From Centroscyllium fabricii (taxonomy: Eukaryota): a stretch of DNA of 64,000 nucleotides. The stretch is taken from positions 37,944,001 to 38,008,000 of the forward strand of contig JBNRSN020000030.1 in assembly GCA_051313645.2 (NCBI GenBank). Direction: 5' to 3'. The position numbers were made by a program, and so were the translations under genes. Positions 1 to 11,188 of the stretch are shown here, piece by piece; within the stretch, counting starts at the first letter, position 1; the number at the start of each line of letters is the position of its first letter. Under the pieces are notes generated by a model, which worked only from the letters and a program-made list of their open reading frames with translations, had not been told where the DNA came from and did no database searches.

Positions 1-63
1 CATTGTTGGTGATCTGGCCAACCACCGTGGTGTCGTCCGCAAACGTGATGACCATGTTGGAGC
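1..63 (-). mobile_element. 5' junction of a truncated Rex1/Babar LINE (duplicate of 13804-13866)
   Basis: Minus strand reads GSNMVITFADDTTVVGQI (RT FADD motif); same junction as at 13866. Confidence 0.8.
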
Positions 64-1010
64 CACAACTCGCTGTTTTCTATCCTTAAGCCAATTCCAT
101 ATCCAAGCTGCCACTGATCCATCTATTCCATGAGCCACAATTTTGTTAACCAGCCTTCTATGTGGTAATTTGTCAAACGCCTTACTAAAATCCATGCTGC
201 CAACATCCATTGCATTCCCTTCCGTGCAATCGTAAGCAAAAATCCCCATTGTTTAAATTATTTTGGAAGCAAGGTCATTGCTGTACCAGCTGAAGATCGT
301 TGGGACTAGGACACTGCCTTGCATAGAACCCTTATGAATTTGAAGAACTCTATCAGATCTCCTGGCAATCTTCTCTGTTCTAAGGAGAAGAACGACAACT
401 TCTCCAGTCTACCCAAGTAACTGAAGTCGCTCATTCACGGAAACCTGCTTGTAAATCTTTACTGCCTTTACATCCTTCATAAAATGTTCTCCCCAGAATC
501 CACCAGCTGAGGCCTCAGCAGTGATCTATAACGGATTAGCATTACTGCCTTGCTGTTGTAATCTATTGCTCTATTAATAAAGCCAAGTATCCCGTGTGCT
601 TTTTAAAAGCCTTCTCAACTTGTCCCGCCACCTTCAAAGATAGAGAAATATTTGGTAAATCTAGGTCTCTGTTCCTGCACACGATTTAAATTCGTATCAT
701 TTAGTTTATATTGCCTCAGTTCATTCTTCTCCGAAAACTGGATCACTTCACATTTCTCTGTGGTAAATTACATCGGCTATTCCTCTAACCATTTCACCAC
801 TCTGTAGATGCCCTCATAAAGTCTGTTACTTTCCGTGTCATTATTTAATACATTGCAGAGTTCCTTGCTACATGCACATTTTGATATTATGCCGAGTATA
901 CAGTAGTCCAGGTCCTTAATATATATCGAAAGGAGCAAGGGTCCTAATACCGACCCCTGGGGAACACCTCTCTATACTTCCCTCCAGTCTGAAAATTAAC
1001 CCTTCACCAA
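64..1010 (-). mobile_element. Old CR1 LINE fragments forming part of the repeat unit
   Basis: Degenerate AFDKLPH and PQGSVLGP-like RT pieces on the minus strand; the same block recurs in each unit. Boundaries approximate. Confidence 0.75.
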
Positions 1011-1091
1011 TATTTACAATTAACACACGAACTCATGATCGTACTGCTTCTATAAACACCCAGTTATACAGGAACACCAGACCCATATACA

Positions 1092-1320
1092 CTACAACAA
1101 ATACACCTTGCATTTATATAGTGCCTTTAAAGTATTAAAACGTCCCAAGCCGCTTCACTGGAGCGATTCTCAGACAGAATTTGAAACCGAGCCACATAAG
1201 GAGATATTAGGACAGGTGACCGAAAGCTTGGTCCAAGTTGCAGATTTTAAGGAGCGTCTTAAAGGAGGAAAGAGAGGCGGAGAGGTTCAGGGAGGGAACT
1301 CCATAGCTTCGGGCCTCGGC
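1092..1320 (-). mobile_element. L2-type LINE/SINE 3' tail within the repeat unit
   Basis: Minus strand ...LWSSLP...cctttaagacgctccttaaaa...ctatataaatgcaag...ttgttg matches the common shark L2 3' end. Also at ~3310, 14895, 19540, 33300, 41405, 47847, 55570. Confidence 0.7.
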
Positions 1321-1471
1321 TCACACACCCACACTTTATATTTTTACACCGCCTTCTGCCAGTTCTGAATATTTTTTTCCCGCCGCAGGTTTAATTGATT
1401 TTCAGAATCTGCCCTTCGAGCCTGCTCCGCCATTCAATGAGATCATGGCTGATCATCCAAACCCAGTACCT

Positions 1472-1911
1472 TAGCCAGCAGCGTAGTCAGGCTTCTGGAA
1501 TCTAATGACATCTCCTTTCATGTGTTAGGCAAGACACAATGTCTGTGAGTATCCTTGTTGAATAGTATACAAACGACATTGTCCATACAATATTTTGTTG
1601 ATACTTTGTAAATAAGTAGTTTCTTAGCTGCCAGATGTTAAGGATCGGCCTCAATGCTGTTTATTTCTAAAGTTACATATTTATCTGTATTACGCAGTCT
1701 TCTGTTCCGATAGACATTTTTGTTGCATCTTGTATAGCACCTAATGTATAGTATTTATCTTTATGTAAAGAAAATATTTTGTTACCGTTTCACAATTTTA
1801 TTCGAGTAAAGATTCAAAACAGACATGAGCTTTCTATCGAGAAGTTATTTGAATAAGTGTTTAGCTGGCTGGATAAGCTAGACAGCAACTACATCTAGCT
1901 GAACCAGTACA
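1472..1911. mobile_element. Solo LTR type A, partial copy (left part removed by deletion)
   Basis: Matches the right three quarters of 53386-53972 and ends in CCAGTACA. Confidence 0.6.
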
Positions 1912-3300
1912 GAGCCCTCTAACGGCCTTCACATCCTTCCCAAATTGTGGCGACCTGATCTGATGCAGTAACCTGCTGGCGGCCTGACCGGTGTTTTATA
2001 AACAATCAGAATAACATCTCTACTTTTGTACTCAATACCTCTATTTATGAGGCACAAGCTCCCACATGTTTTGTTAACCACTCTCTCCACATGACCTGCC
2101 ACCTTCAAGGACCTATGCACATTAACTCCCAGGTACATCTGTCCCTGCGCAATCTTTAAAACTGTGCCATTATGTGTATATTGCCTCTTGCTGTTTCTTC
2201 TGATAAAATGCTTCATCTCTCACTTCTCTGTAGTAAATTCTATCAGCCACTTGTCTGCCATTCCGCGAGCCATTCTCTGACCTGTTGCAGTTGATTGTTA
2301 TTATCCTCACTGTGTGTTACTCCCCCAAGTTTGTTGCAGTCAGCATATTTTGAAATTTTGCTCTGTAGTCAAATATCCAAGCCATTTATAAATATCACAA
2401 AAGTCATGTCACCAGCACTGACTCTTGGTTGGGAAACACCACCGTCTACCATCATCTAGTGTGCCAAACTGGAATTTACAACAACTCGCTGTTTTCCATC
2501 CTTAAGCACATTCCTTACTCAAGCTGCCACTGACCCATGTATTCCATGAACCTCAATTTTGTTAACCAGCCCTATGGTAATTTGTCAAACGCTTGACTAA
2601 AATCCTTGTTGACAACGTCCATTGCATTCCCTTCTATGCAGTCTTCAGCGAACATCCCCATTTCTGAAATTACTTTAAAAGTAAGGTCATTGCTGAACCA
2701 GCTGAAGATCGTTGGGACGAGGACACCGCATTGTATAGACTCCTCATGAATGTGATGAACTCTATCAGATCTCCTCGCAAACTTCTCTGTTCTAATGTGA
2801 ACAACGACAACTTCTCCATTCTACCCAAGTAACTGGAGTCCCTCATTCCCCGGAACCTGCTTGTAAATCTTTACTGCCATTACATCCTCCTAAAATGTTG
2901 CACCCAGAATCCACCAGCTGAGGCCTCAGCAGTGATGTATAACAGATTAACATTACTGCCTTGCTGTTGTAATCTATTGCTCTATTAATAAAGCCAAGTA
3001 TCCCGTATGCTTTTTAAAAGCCTTCTCAACTTGTCCCGCCACCTTCAAAGATAGAGAAACCTTTTGTAAATCCAGGTCTCTCTGTTCCTGTACACGATCT
3101 AAAATTGTATCATTTAGTTTATGTTGCCTCAGTTCATTCTTGCCCTAAAACTGGACCACTTCACATTTCTCTGTGTTAAATTACATCGGCTATGCCCCTG
3201 CCCATTTCCCCACTCTGTAGCCGTCCTCAGGAAGTCTGTTACATTCTCTGTCATTATTTTCTACATTTATGAGTTTCCTGCCACTTGCAAACTTTGAAAC
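1912..3300 (-). mobile_element. Old CR1 LINE fragments (unit component)
   Basis: ORF 1929..2216 gives LGVNVHRSLKVAGHVERVV...INRGIEYKSR, typical of the CR1 ORF2 C-terminal region. Equivalent blocks at ~18140, 26623, 39440, 46269, 53973, 61641. Confidence 0.8.
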
Positions 3301-3853
3301 TATGCAAAGGCGTTTCACAGGAGCGATTCACAGACAGAATTTGACACCGAGCCACATAAGGAGATATTAGGACAGGTGACCGAAAGCTTGGTCAAAGTTG
3401 TAGATTTTAAGGAGCGTCTTAAAGGAGGAAAGAGAGGCGGAGAGGTTCAGGGAGGGAACTCCAGAGCTTCGGGCCTCGGCTCACACACCCAGACTTTATA
3501 TTTTTACACCGCCTTCTGCCAGTTCTGAATATTGTTTCTCTCCGCAAGTTTAATTGATTTTCAGAAGCTGCTCGACCTGTTGTGTATTTTGAGCAGTTTC
3601 CCAGTTGATTTCCCTGTGATGTGATGATTGTGGGAGCTCGGTGCGGGTAATTGGATTTGCTGCAGTCCTCCGGCAGCAGGTGGTGAAACCGGGTGGGAGA
3701 CGGTGAGTGACAGGTGAGCGCTGCTTCTGATGCTGACTGACACCCGGTGGGAGTGGGCGGCGATTTTAAAGACCTTGACTTACTCCAAGGCAGGAGAAAT
3801 GAAATAGTGTTTCAGAAACGTGCAGATATACAAATATCCCAAGTTGAATTGTG

Positions 3854-3927
3854 GACTTCGTGGCGCAACGGTAGCGAGTCTGACTCCAGATCAGAAATGT
3901 AACGTTGTTCATATAACGTCGGGGTCA
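3854..3927 (+). pseudogene. tRNA-Trp(CCA) pseudogene
   Basis: GACTTCGTGGCGCAACGGTAGCGAGTCTGACTCCAGATCAGAA...CGTCGGGGTCA; variable loop and T-arm/B box are scrambled. Confidence 0.9.
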
Positions 3928-4184
3928 TAATTCTCCCGGAGTTAATATTTTCTTTGTTGTTTCACAATAACCAGGTCCTTTTTCTAAAGTCTTTCCCACT
4001 ATTTCCCCAATGTCAGGGAGAGAAGCGCCTGATGCTCTCATGTATTTAATTTTACTAATTCACAAATACAGGTGTTCATTCAAAATCAACCTGCTGGTGG
4101 CCACACATGGAATAAACAGAGCCAGAGAGACAGACAGAATCTGTAAACACCGGGAAATAGGCAAGAGATATTGACAAGCAGAAT

Positions 4185-4437
4185 TTTCCGAGACCAGAAC
4201 CTATCATTATTGATGAAGCACTGGAGCCTGTCCCAAAAAACTATCGACACAGAGCTGGATATACTGGGGTTTATAAAGATTGCTGATATTACCAGCCCAC
4301 CTGTCCTCTCTCGACACGTGGTTCTACCCATAGCCCCCAATAAAGAAGGTGTTGCCGTGGGGAGTGGATTACCTGAAGAAACTGAAGATGAGAACTCTGC
4401 CTCTCAGATTGCTGGAAAGATGCCATAATTTTGTGTC
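4185..4437 (+). pseudogene. INTS14: INTS14 (VWA9) coding fragment, frameshifted
   Basis: FPRPEPIIIDE../TIDTELDILGFIKIADITSPPVLSRHVVLPIAPNKEG...EDENSASQIAGKMP*FCV matches recalled vertebrate INTS14 (GFIDIADISSPPVLSRHLVLPIALNKEG...EDENSANQIAGKIPNFCV). The A6 run shifts the frame. Confidence 0.85.
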
Positions 4438-5193
4438 TAAATGCGCTTTGCGATCAGAACATTGCCTGAATCCCTGTGGTTATTGAAAGGGCTTGTGATG
4501 TTTGATTTTCTTATATACCTTGGAATTCAGGAGAACCTGGGTTATGGTTTGCAGAACAAGTTAAACCGCTGGAGCGGAACCAGCAGGCACTTGGCTGCAA
4601 ACAGCGACAAAGACGTTTAAAGTGATCAGACCCGGCGAGCTCAGTCGGCAGAGTGTGAGATTCTTAATTTCATGTTGGGCGGAAGCTTTTTGTTAAACTT
4701 TTATGTTGCTTTCACGGGAAAGCCTCATTAATTAACCAATAATCTTTTGCACTCAGAAGGAAATGCTAACGGAGGGAGAGTCGACATGTTTATTGTTGTC
4801 CATATATCATTTTACAAACTGAACTTTAGGAGTCTGGTGTAAAAATGTTCATTGCTGATGACAACAGGAATCTGGGGAACTTTCGTCAAATTGAACAGGA
4901 CCGTTTATTTCTACTTGTGCAGAAAATAGACTCAGTAGTGAACATAAAATCGCATTGTGCTGAATTTCAGGTTCAACGCAGTCAACTTTGAAATTATTTA
5001 ACAGTGAAAATATTTGGAAGTAATTTTTACTCGTATTTGTGCCTTTAATTAAAGTTAGTGGCGTCTGACTCCCGTAAGGTCTCTTTTTCCTCTTTTGAAT
5101 AAGAGCGTGGGGGTATGACTTTGACCAGACTGCACTGGCCCTGATATTTGTGAGCTCATCCTTTATATTGAGCGGTTTCTCGCTCACTGGTCG

Positions 5194-5282
5194 ACGTCAG
5201 CTTTAGCTCAGCGTTTACTTCGCAGCATCAACTTCATTGTAAGTTAGGCCCCTGTCTCACCACGGGCGCTGTCTGGCGTTTT
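5194..5282 (+). pseudogene. Vault RNA gene copy 1, degenerate
   Basis: GCTTTAGCTCAGCGTTTACTTCG...CACGGGCGCTGTCTGGCGTTTT; box A has a G>T change and box B reads GTTAGGCC. Confidence 0.85.
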
Positions 5283-5405
5283 AATTGTCATGTTCACCCC
5301 CTTTCCTTTCGCACCGAAACAAATTGTAATCGCGACTACAGATTCACTGCGTGAGATTGTTGGAGGATAACTTTAAACTATTTACCACCTATTTTTTGTC
5401 AGCTT

Positions 5406-5437
5406 GGAGACCCGGGTTCGATTCCCACTTAAGGAAT
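5406..5437 (+). pseudogene. tRNA T-arm remnant (Glu/Asp/Gly-like)
   Basis: GGAGACCCGGGTTCGATTCCC..AAGGAA resembles a tRNA 3' half; no recognisable 5' half; more eroded in other units. Confidence 0.4.
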
Positions 5438-6022
5438 TAATTTTGCCATCACCACTTTTAATTAATTAATGCGAAAAAAATGTATTAAATTAAAATCATG
5501 CATCAAATGTGAAAAAATAAGAATTGTTTTAATAACCATTATTGAACCAATAAATTATTTTGCAGATTGAAATATATTAAAATGTGGTTACTGAGGGAAA
5601 GTCGAAATTCAGTCATTTAATTTGTTCTTACATGTGCTGATCCTTTAACCCACATCTGATGTTTTGCATCTTATTTCAGGAGGATGGTTTAAAATGTTCA
5701 TTGCTGGTGAAAGCAGGGATCTGGGGCAACTTTTGTTAAATTTAACAGGACCGGTTATTTCACCGAAATGAAATATTCTCTGAACATGTTTCCAGTCCAT
5801 ACACTGAGCAATCTTTCTCAGACCCAAATAGGATGGTCTGACAGTTGCCCACTTTGAACTCCATTAATCGCAGTTCAGGGGAGATTTAATTGAGGTGATC
5901 AATATTACGGGGGAATCAGTTTCCACCGGCTGGAGGTTCAGCAGGGCTATGGGGGAAGAGCAGCTGACTGGGACTAATAGGATAGTTCTTTCCAAGATGC
6001 TGCATCAATTGTTCATTTTAAT

Positions 6023-6110
6023 CTTAATGTGGAGGTGCCGGTGTTGGACTGGGGTTAACAAATGCAAGAAGTCACACAACACCAGATTATAGTCCAACGG
6101 TTTTATTTTA
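6023..6110. mobile_element. Short Penelope-like repeat fragment
   Basis: gtggaggtgccggtgttggactgggg...cacaacaccagattatagtccaac resembles a common shark repeat end; absent from the matching position of the 36.1 kb unit. Confidence 0.45.
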
Positions 6111-6880
6111 ATCTGCGATAGACTGATTTTTGTTAACCAAAGTTGCTAAGCAATAATGCCAGTAGGTGAGACTCTTTATAATTGTTTCAGTCATCATTAA
6201 TCAACGCATAAAATTTTGTTGCACAATTCAGGAATTGCTAACAAGTTTTCAGGCTGACAGAGATACTTGAATAACCTTTTATAGAATCAGACAGCACAGG
6301 ACGGGGCCATTCGGCCCATAGTGCCTGCACTTTTCCCAAAACCCTGCAACTATTTCGTATTAAATTTCTTTCCCTATCGAAAGTTAATATTGGATCAGCT
6401 TCTACCACTCTGTCAGACAGAACAATATTGTCATTAATGTTATCCAAGTCCCATTTCATACAGTACTTTCCTTGCTTTCCATGTCATGTACATTTTCCCT
6501 CCTCACTTTATTTGAGCAGTTTGTTTCAAAATGTTCGATGATTGTGACATCAGCCATTGTTATATTGAAAGGTTGCAGCCACTTTCCTTGAAATCTCTAC
6601 CCCAAAGTGCTGTGGATGCTCATTTGTTGAGTATATTCAAGGCTGAGATCGATAGATTTTTGGACTGTAGTGGAATCCAGGGGTCTATGGACAGGCAGGA
6701 AAGTGGTGCTGAGGTCGAATATTATCCATGTCCTTATTGAATGGTGCAGCAAGGTCTGCGTGCCATAAGGCCTACTCCTTCTCCTAATTCTCTCGTTCTT
6801 ATGATATTATATCCTTTCACAGGAGGGCAATCTCATCCCTGGACCTACATGAGGAGCAAGTTCCAACAAATTGTTACCTC

Positions 6881-6909
6881 TAACGTGATATCTCCTACAC
6901 TGCGGAAAC
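6881..6909 (-). pseudogene. Old tRNA-Val 5'-half remnant
   Basis: aacgtgatatctcctacactgcggaaac versus Val gene aacgtgataaccgctacactacggaaac. Also at ~21903, 36926, 43805, 50215, 57975. Confidence 0.65.
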
Positions 6910-7048
6910 AACACCATTTTCAGTACGAGTTCTGATGGAAATGTTAAGCGAGCAGGTGAACCGCTGAATCCCACTTTTGATGGATCTCCCAAAGCGATTC
7001 TGTGTCGTCAAAATAAGTGAGTTGCACTTAATAATTAAATAGAGAGAA

Positions 7049-7128
7049 TATCAGGATTTGAACCCAAAGCCATTCAGGAGTGATTGCAACAATAACGGGA
7101 GCACATTGGACCGTTCGGCCATCCTGAC
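7049..7128 (-). pseudogene. tRNA-Leu pseudogene, heavily decayed
   Basis: Minus strand starts GTCAGGATGGCCGAACGGTCCAA and has GGGTTCAAATCC near its 3' end; same unit position as the other Leu relics. Confidence 0.7.
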
Positions 7129-7140
7129 TGATTAATTTAT

Positions 7141-7245
7141 TCCAGTTCTGATGAAAGGTCCAGAACCCGAACCGTTAACTCAGTTTCTCTCTCCACGGAT
7201 GCTGCCTGGCCTGCTGAGTATTTGCAGCATTTTCTGTTGTTATTT
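7141..7245 (+). mobile_element. Penelope-like element end with a degenerate hammerhead-type motif
   Basis: ctgatgaaaggtccagaacccgaaccgtt...gatgctgcctggcctgctgagt; CTGATGA-stem-GAA(C) arrangement. Confidence 0.5.
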
Positions 7246-8328
7246 CATGAAAAAAAAGCACTGGCAGGCAAAATAATGCAAAATCCCAAGGTGCTTTATA
7301 AGTATATTAGGGGCAAGACGATAATCAGGGGAAGAGTAGGTCCCATTAGGGACCGAAATGGCAATCTGTGTGTAGAGCCGGGAGACGTAGGTGGGGATTT
7401 TAAATGAATATTTTGCCACTGTGTTCACCGGCTCGGTGTCAAATTCTGTCTGATACTCGCTCCTGTGACGCAGCTTGGGTGTTTTACAACTTTAAAGGGC
7501 GCTATATAAATGCAAGTTGTTTTTGTTGTTCTTTTCCTGAGTGTGGTGTTTATATACAAGATCGGTGTTTATAGAATACTGCGCAAGTCTGTTATTTGTA
7601 AGTATTAATGAGCGGTTATTTTTCAGACTGGAGGGATGTATACAGTGGTGTTACACAGGGCTCGGTATTTGGACCACTGCTCCTTTCGATATATATTAAC
7701 GAGCTGGACTTGTGTATACTCGGCAAAATTTCAAAGTTTGCAAAAGGCAGGTAAGTCAGAAATGAAGTAAGTAATGAGACGGAAAGTAACAGACCTCATG
7801 AGGCCATCTACAGCTGGTGAAATGGGCAGAGACATGGTAGATGTAATTTAACACAGAGAGGTGTGAAGTGATCCATTTTGGCGCGAAGATTGAACGGAGG
7901 CAAAATATAAATTAAATGTCACAATTTTAATTCGGGTGCAGGAGCAACGAGACCTGGGGTGTATTTATTTATCTTTGATGGTGGTGGGACAAGTTGCAAA
8001 TGCTGTTACAAAACATACGAGATACTTGGCTATATTAATAAAGCCACAGAGGACAAAGGCAAGGAAGTAATATTAAGCCTTTATACATTATTGGTTGGGC
8101 CTCAGCTGGTGGATTCTGGGCACAACCGTTTAGGAAGAATGTGGAGGCAGAAAAGGTTTGCAAGCATGTTACGGGGGATGAGGGTCTTCAGCTATGTGGA
8201 CAGACTGGGGAAGCTGTTGTCCTTCTCCTTGGAGCAGAGACGATTGCGACGACATCTGATAGAGGTGTTCAAAATCACGAGGGGCCTAGACAGGACAGTG
8301 TCATAGGCCCAAACATCACCAGCTGCAT

Positions 8329-8735
8329 CATAGACATAGACATAGAAACTAGGAGCAGGAGTAGGCCATTCGGCCCTTCGAGCCTGCTTCGCCATTCAAT
8401 GAGATCATGGCTGATCATCCAAACCCAGCACCCCGCCCCTGCCCTCACCCCATATCCCTCGATCCCTATCGAGCCTCCATCAACACATATCCCACCCTAT
8501 CCCCGTAACCCCACATATTCAAACCCCCTAACACTAAGGGTCAATTTATCCTGGCCAATCAACCTAACCCGCACATCTTTGGACTGTGGGAGGAAACCGG
8601 ATCACCCAGAGGAAACCCACGCAGACACGGGGAGAATGTGCAAACTCCACACAGATAGAACCCGAGGCTGGATTTGAACCCGGGTCTCCAGTGCTGTGAG
8701 ACAACAGTGCTAATCACTGTGCCACCGTGCCACCC
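8329..8735 (-). mobile_element. HE1-like V-SINE
   Basis: tRNA-like head (GGTGGCACAGTGATTAGCA...GGTTCAAATCC), V-domain (gtgtggagtttgcacattctccccgtgtctgcgtgggtttcctc), CR1-type tail ending (ctatgt)n. Confidence 0.9.
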
Positions 8736-9255
8736 GAAACCATCAATGGCCTTCCCTCCAAAATAAGGTCAGCAATGGGAATGTTCGCTGAAGTCTGCAC
8801 ACAAAGGAATGAGATGGATGTTGTCTACATGGATTTTAAGATGGCGTTTGACAAAGTACCACATAGAAGGCTGGTCAACAAAATTGAAGCATGCGGAATA
8901 GGTGGGTCAGTGGCACCTTGGAGAAGGAGTTGGTTTAAGGATAAAATACAGCGAGTTGTTATAAATGTCTGTTTTTCACACTGGAGGATGGTAGACAGGG
9001 GTGTTCCCCAAGGGTCAGAGCTGGTGCCATAGCTTTTGTGATATATATAAAAAACCTGGATATTGGAATACGGGGTAGATTTATAAGTTTGCTAACGACA
9101 CCAAACTGAGGGTGTAATAAACAGTGAGGATGATACCAATCTACTGCAGCAGGACATAGAAAGGCTCGCATAATGGGCAGACAAGTGGGAGATGGAAATT
9201 AATACAGGGAAGTATGAGGTGATACATTTTGTCTGAGGGAACAGTGAGAGGCATT

Positions 9256-10155
9256 GGGCCCTGTCTTCCTGTGGCCCGATTGCTGCGGGTGCGTGCTGAC
9301 GTGCACCCGCGGCGCACGCGCACGTGATTTTTTTTTCTCTCAGCTGGTCTTCCTGTGGGAAATCCCGGGTTTTTTTCAGTCGGAGGGGACGTCTTTTTTT
9401 CGGTGCGGCGTGCAAGCCACGCCCACTGAGGTCGGCTTTACCCCCGAACGAAACACAGAATCGGCCAGCAGGATGAAGAACATCAGGTAAGAAGCACATT
9501 TTTTTTGTTTTTTTTACAGTTTCTAGGAAGCTGTTTTTTTAAAGTTTCTGCCTTTTCTGCTGATAGGGGGTTTTTTTTGCCAAAAAGTGAAAAAAACAGG
9601 TTTAAAGTTAAAAAAAAAGTTGTTCCTTTGGAGATATTTGTTTGTGGTCTTACAGCTTGTAAATGTGAAGGTTTATATATTTTTTGGTGATAGTGAAAAA
9701 AATCGGGGATTTGAACGCGATGTCAGCAGCTGTGAGGCTCTCAGAGCGGCTGACATCGCGTTGAAATCTCCGATTTTTTTAACTATCACCAAAATATATA
9801 TAAACCTTCACATTTACAAGCTGTAAGACCACAAAAAAATATCTCCAAAGGAATAAAAAAATAATAAATTTAAACCTGTTTTTTTCACTTCTCAAATCTG
9901 CCTGCAGCCTCTTAAGCCTCCTTTTTATATGGGCAGCAAAAGAGAGGCTTCCCCACGTGATACATCCGTATATTGAGCAGCTGACTACAGGAAATCTGCA
10001 GCTCAAGGTCTTCCTGGGGAGGAAGCTGAAGCCCCTTGCCCATCAGCACAGGAAGTTCACGTTTCTGGTAATCACCCGAGCTGCACCCCCACGAGGCATT
10101 TCTGACCCCCCTTCGTGGGGGTGCAGCTCTTCTGGAGCACAGGAAGACAGGGCCC
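9256..10155. mobile_element. Non-autonomous DNA transposon (Harbinger-like MITE) A
   Basis: 18-bp TIR GGGCCCTGTCTTCCTGTG at both ends; ATT/AAT flanks; interrupts the CR1 sequence gagaggcaatatacac; 900 bp. Confidence 0.8.
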
Positions 10156-10289
10156 AATATACACATAATGGCAGTTTTAAAGGGTGTGCTGGGACAGCCG
10201 TACCTGGGAGTTAATGTGCATAGGTACTTGAAGGTGGCAGGACATATGGAGAGATTGTTTAACAAAACATATGGGATCTTGGACTTAAT

Positions 10290-11188
10290 GGGCCCTGTTT
10301 TCCTGTGCTCCGTTTCATGCGGGTGCGCGCTCCTGCACACCCGCGACGCACGCGCACGTAATTTTTTTCCCCCGTCAATTTCCTGTGCCATTTGCCATCT
10401 TCATGGGCTGCGTAGCGATCTGGCCTCTCCTGCTGCGTTGAGCTTGCTGCGTGGGCTATGACCAAGCCCCGCCCACTGAGGTCTGATTTTTCTGAACAAG
10501 CCCCCACAGAACGCACAGAATCTTGCAGAACGAAGGAAAGGCTCAGCAGCTGAAAAGGAGATCTCTAGGTAGGAATGCTTAATTTTGATCCTTTTCTGTG
10601 ATAATTTGTTTAACTTAAAAAAAAAATTACCTCAAAAACCAGTGTTTAAAAAAGAAAAGGCAGCAAAACAGTTCAAAACCCGAAAAAAAACTTTAGAATC
10701 ACTCAAATTTAACAGTTCAAAAACACACACAGTGAGAAGACAGCTGCTAGTTATTTTTTACAAAAACGGTCTTAATAAAAGAAAAGGCAGCAAAACAGCT
10801 CAAAACCCTACAAAAAATATCAGAATCACTTCAATTTAACAGTTGAAACACCACACACACACATCAACAAATGAATCAACAAAAAACTTACCTTTTAAAG
10901 CTATCAGAGTGCTTTTCCCGTTCTCAACGCACCACAGCACACAGCAACGACTGATTCCTGGATGTGCAGCTGCAGAGAGACTTGCCCACGTGATGATACA
11001 TGCATTTTGACCCGTTCCGACAGGAAATCGTCAGTGCAAGGTCTTCCTGCGTTGGAAGCTGACGGGCCTTGCCCATCAGCACAGGAAATTACCGTTCGTG
11101 GGCATCCCCCGTGCTGCAAACCCACGGGGCATTTCTGACCCCCCTTCGTGAGTGTGCAGCTCCTCTGGAGCACAGGAAAACAGGGCCC
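10290..11188. mobile_element. Non-autonomous DNA transposon (Harbinger-like MITE) B
   Basis: 22-bp TIR GGGCCCTGTTTTCCTGTGCTCC, AAT target duplication, 899 bp; subterminal regions related to MITE A. Confidence 0.85.

Noticed and set aside
1108-1368. Recurrent short ORFs (MHLYSAFK..., MSVSIRSS..., MRDVPK..., MPSVT...) seen in several units
   Set aside because: They recur because the DNA is duplicated. They overlap L2 tails, tRNA antisense strands or spacers, and their starts and stops vary between copies.
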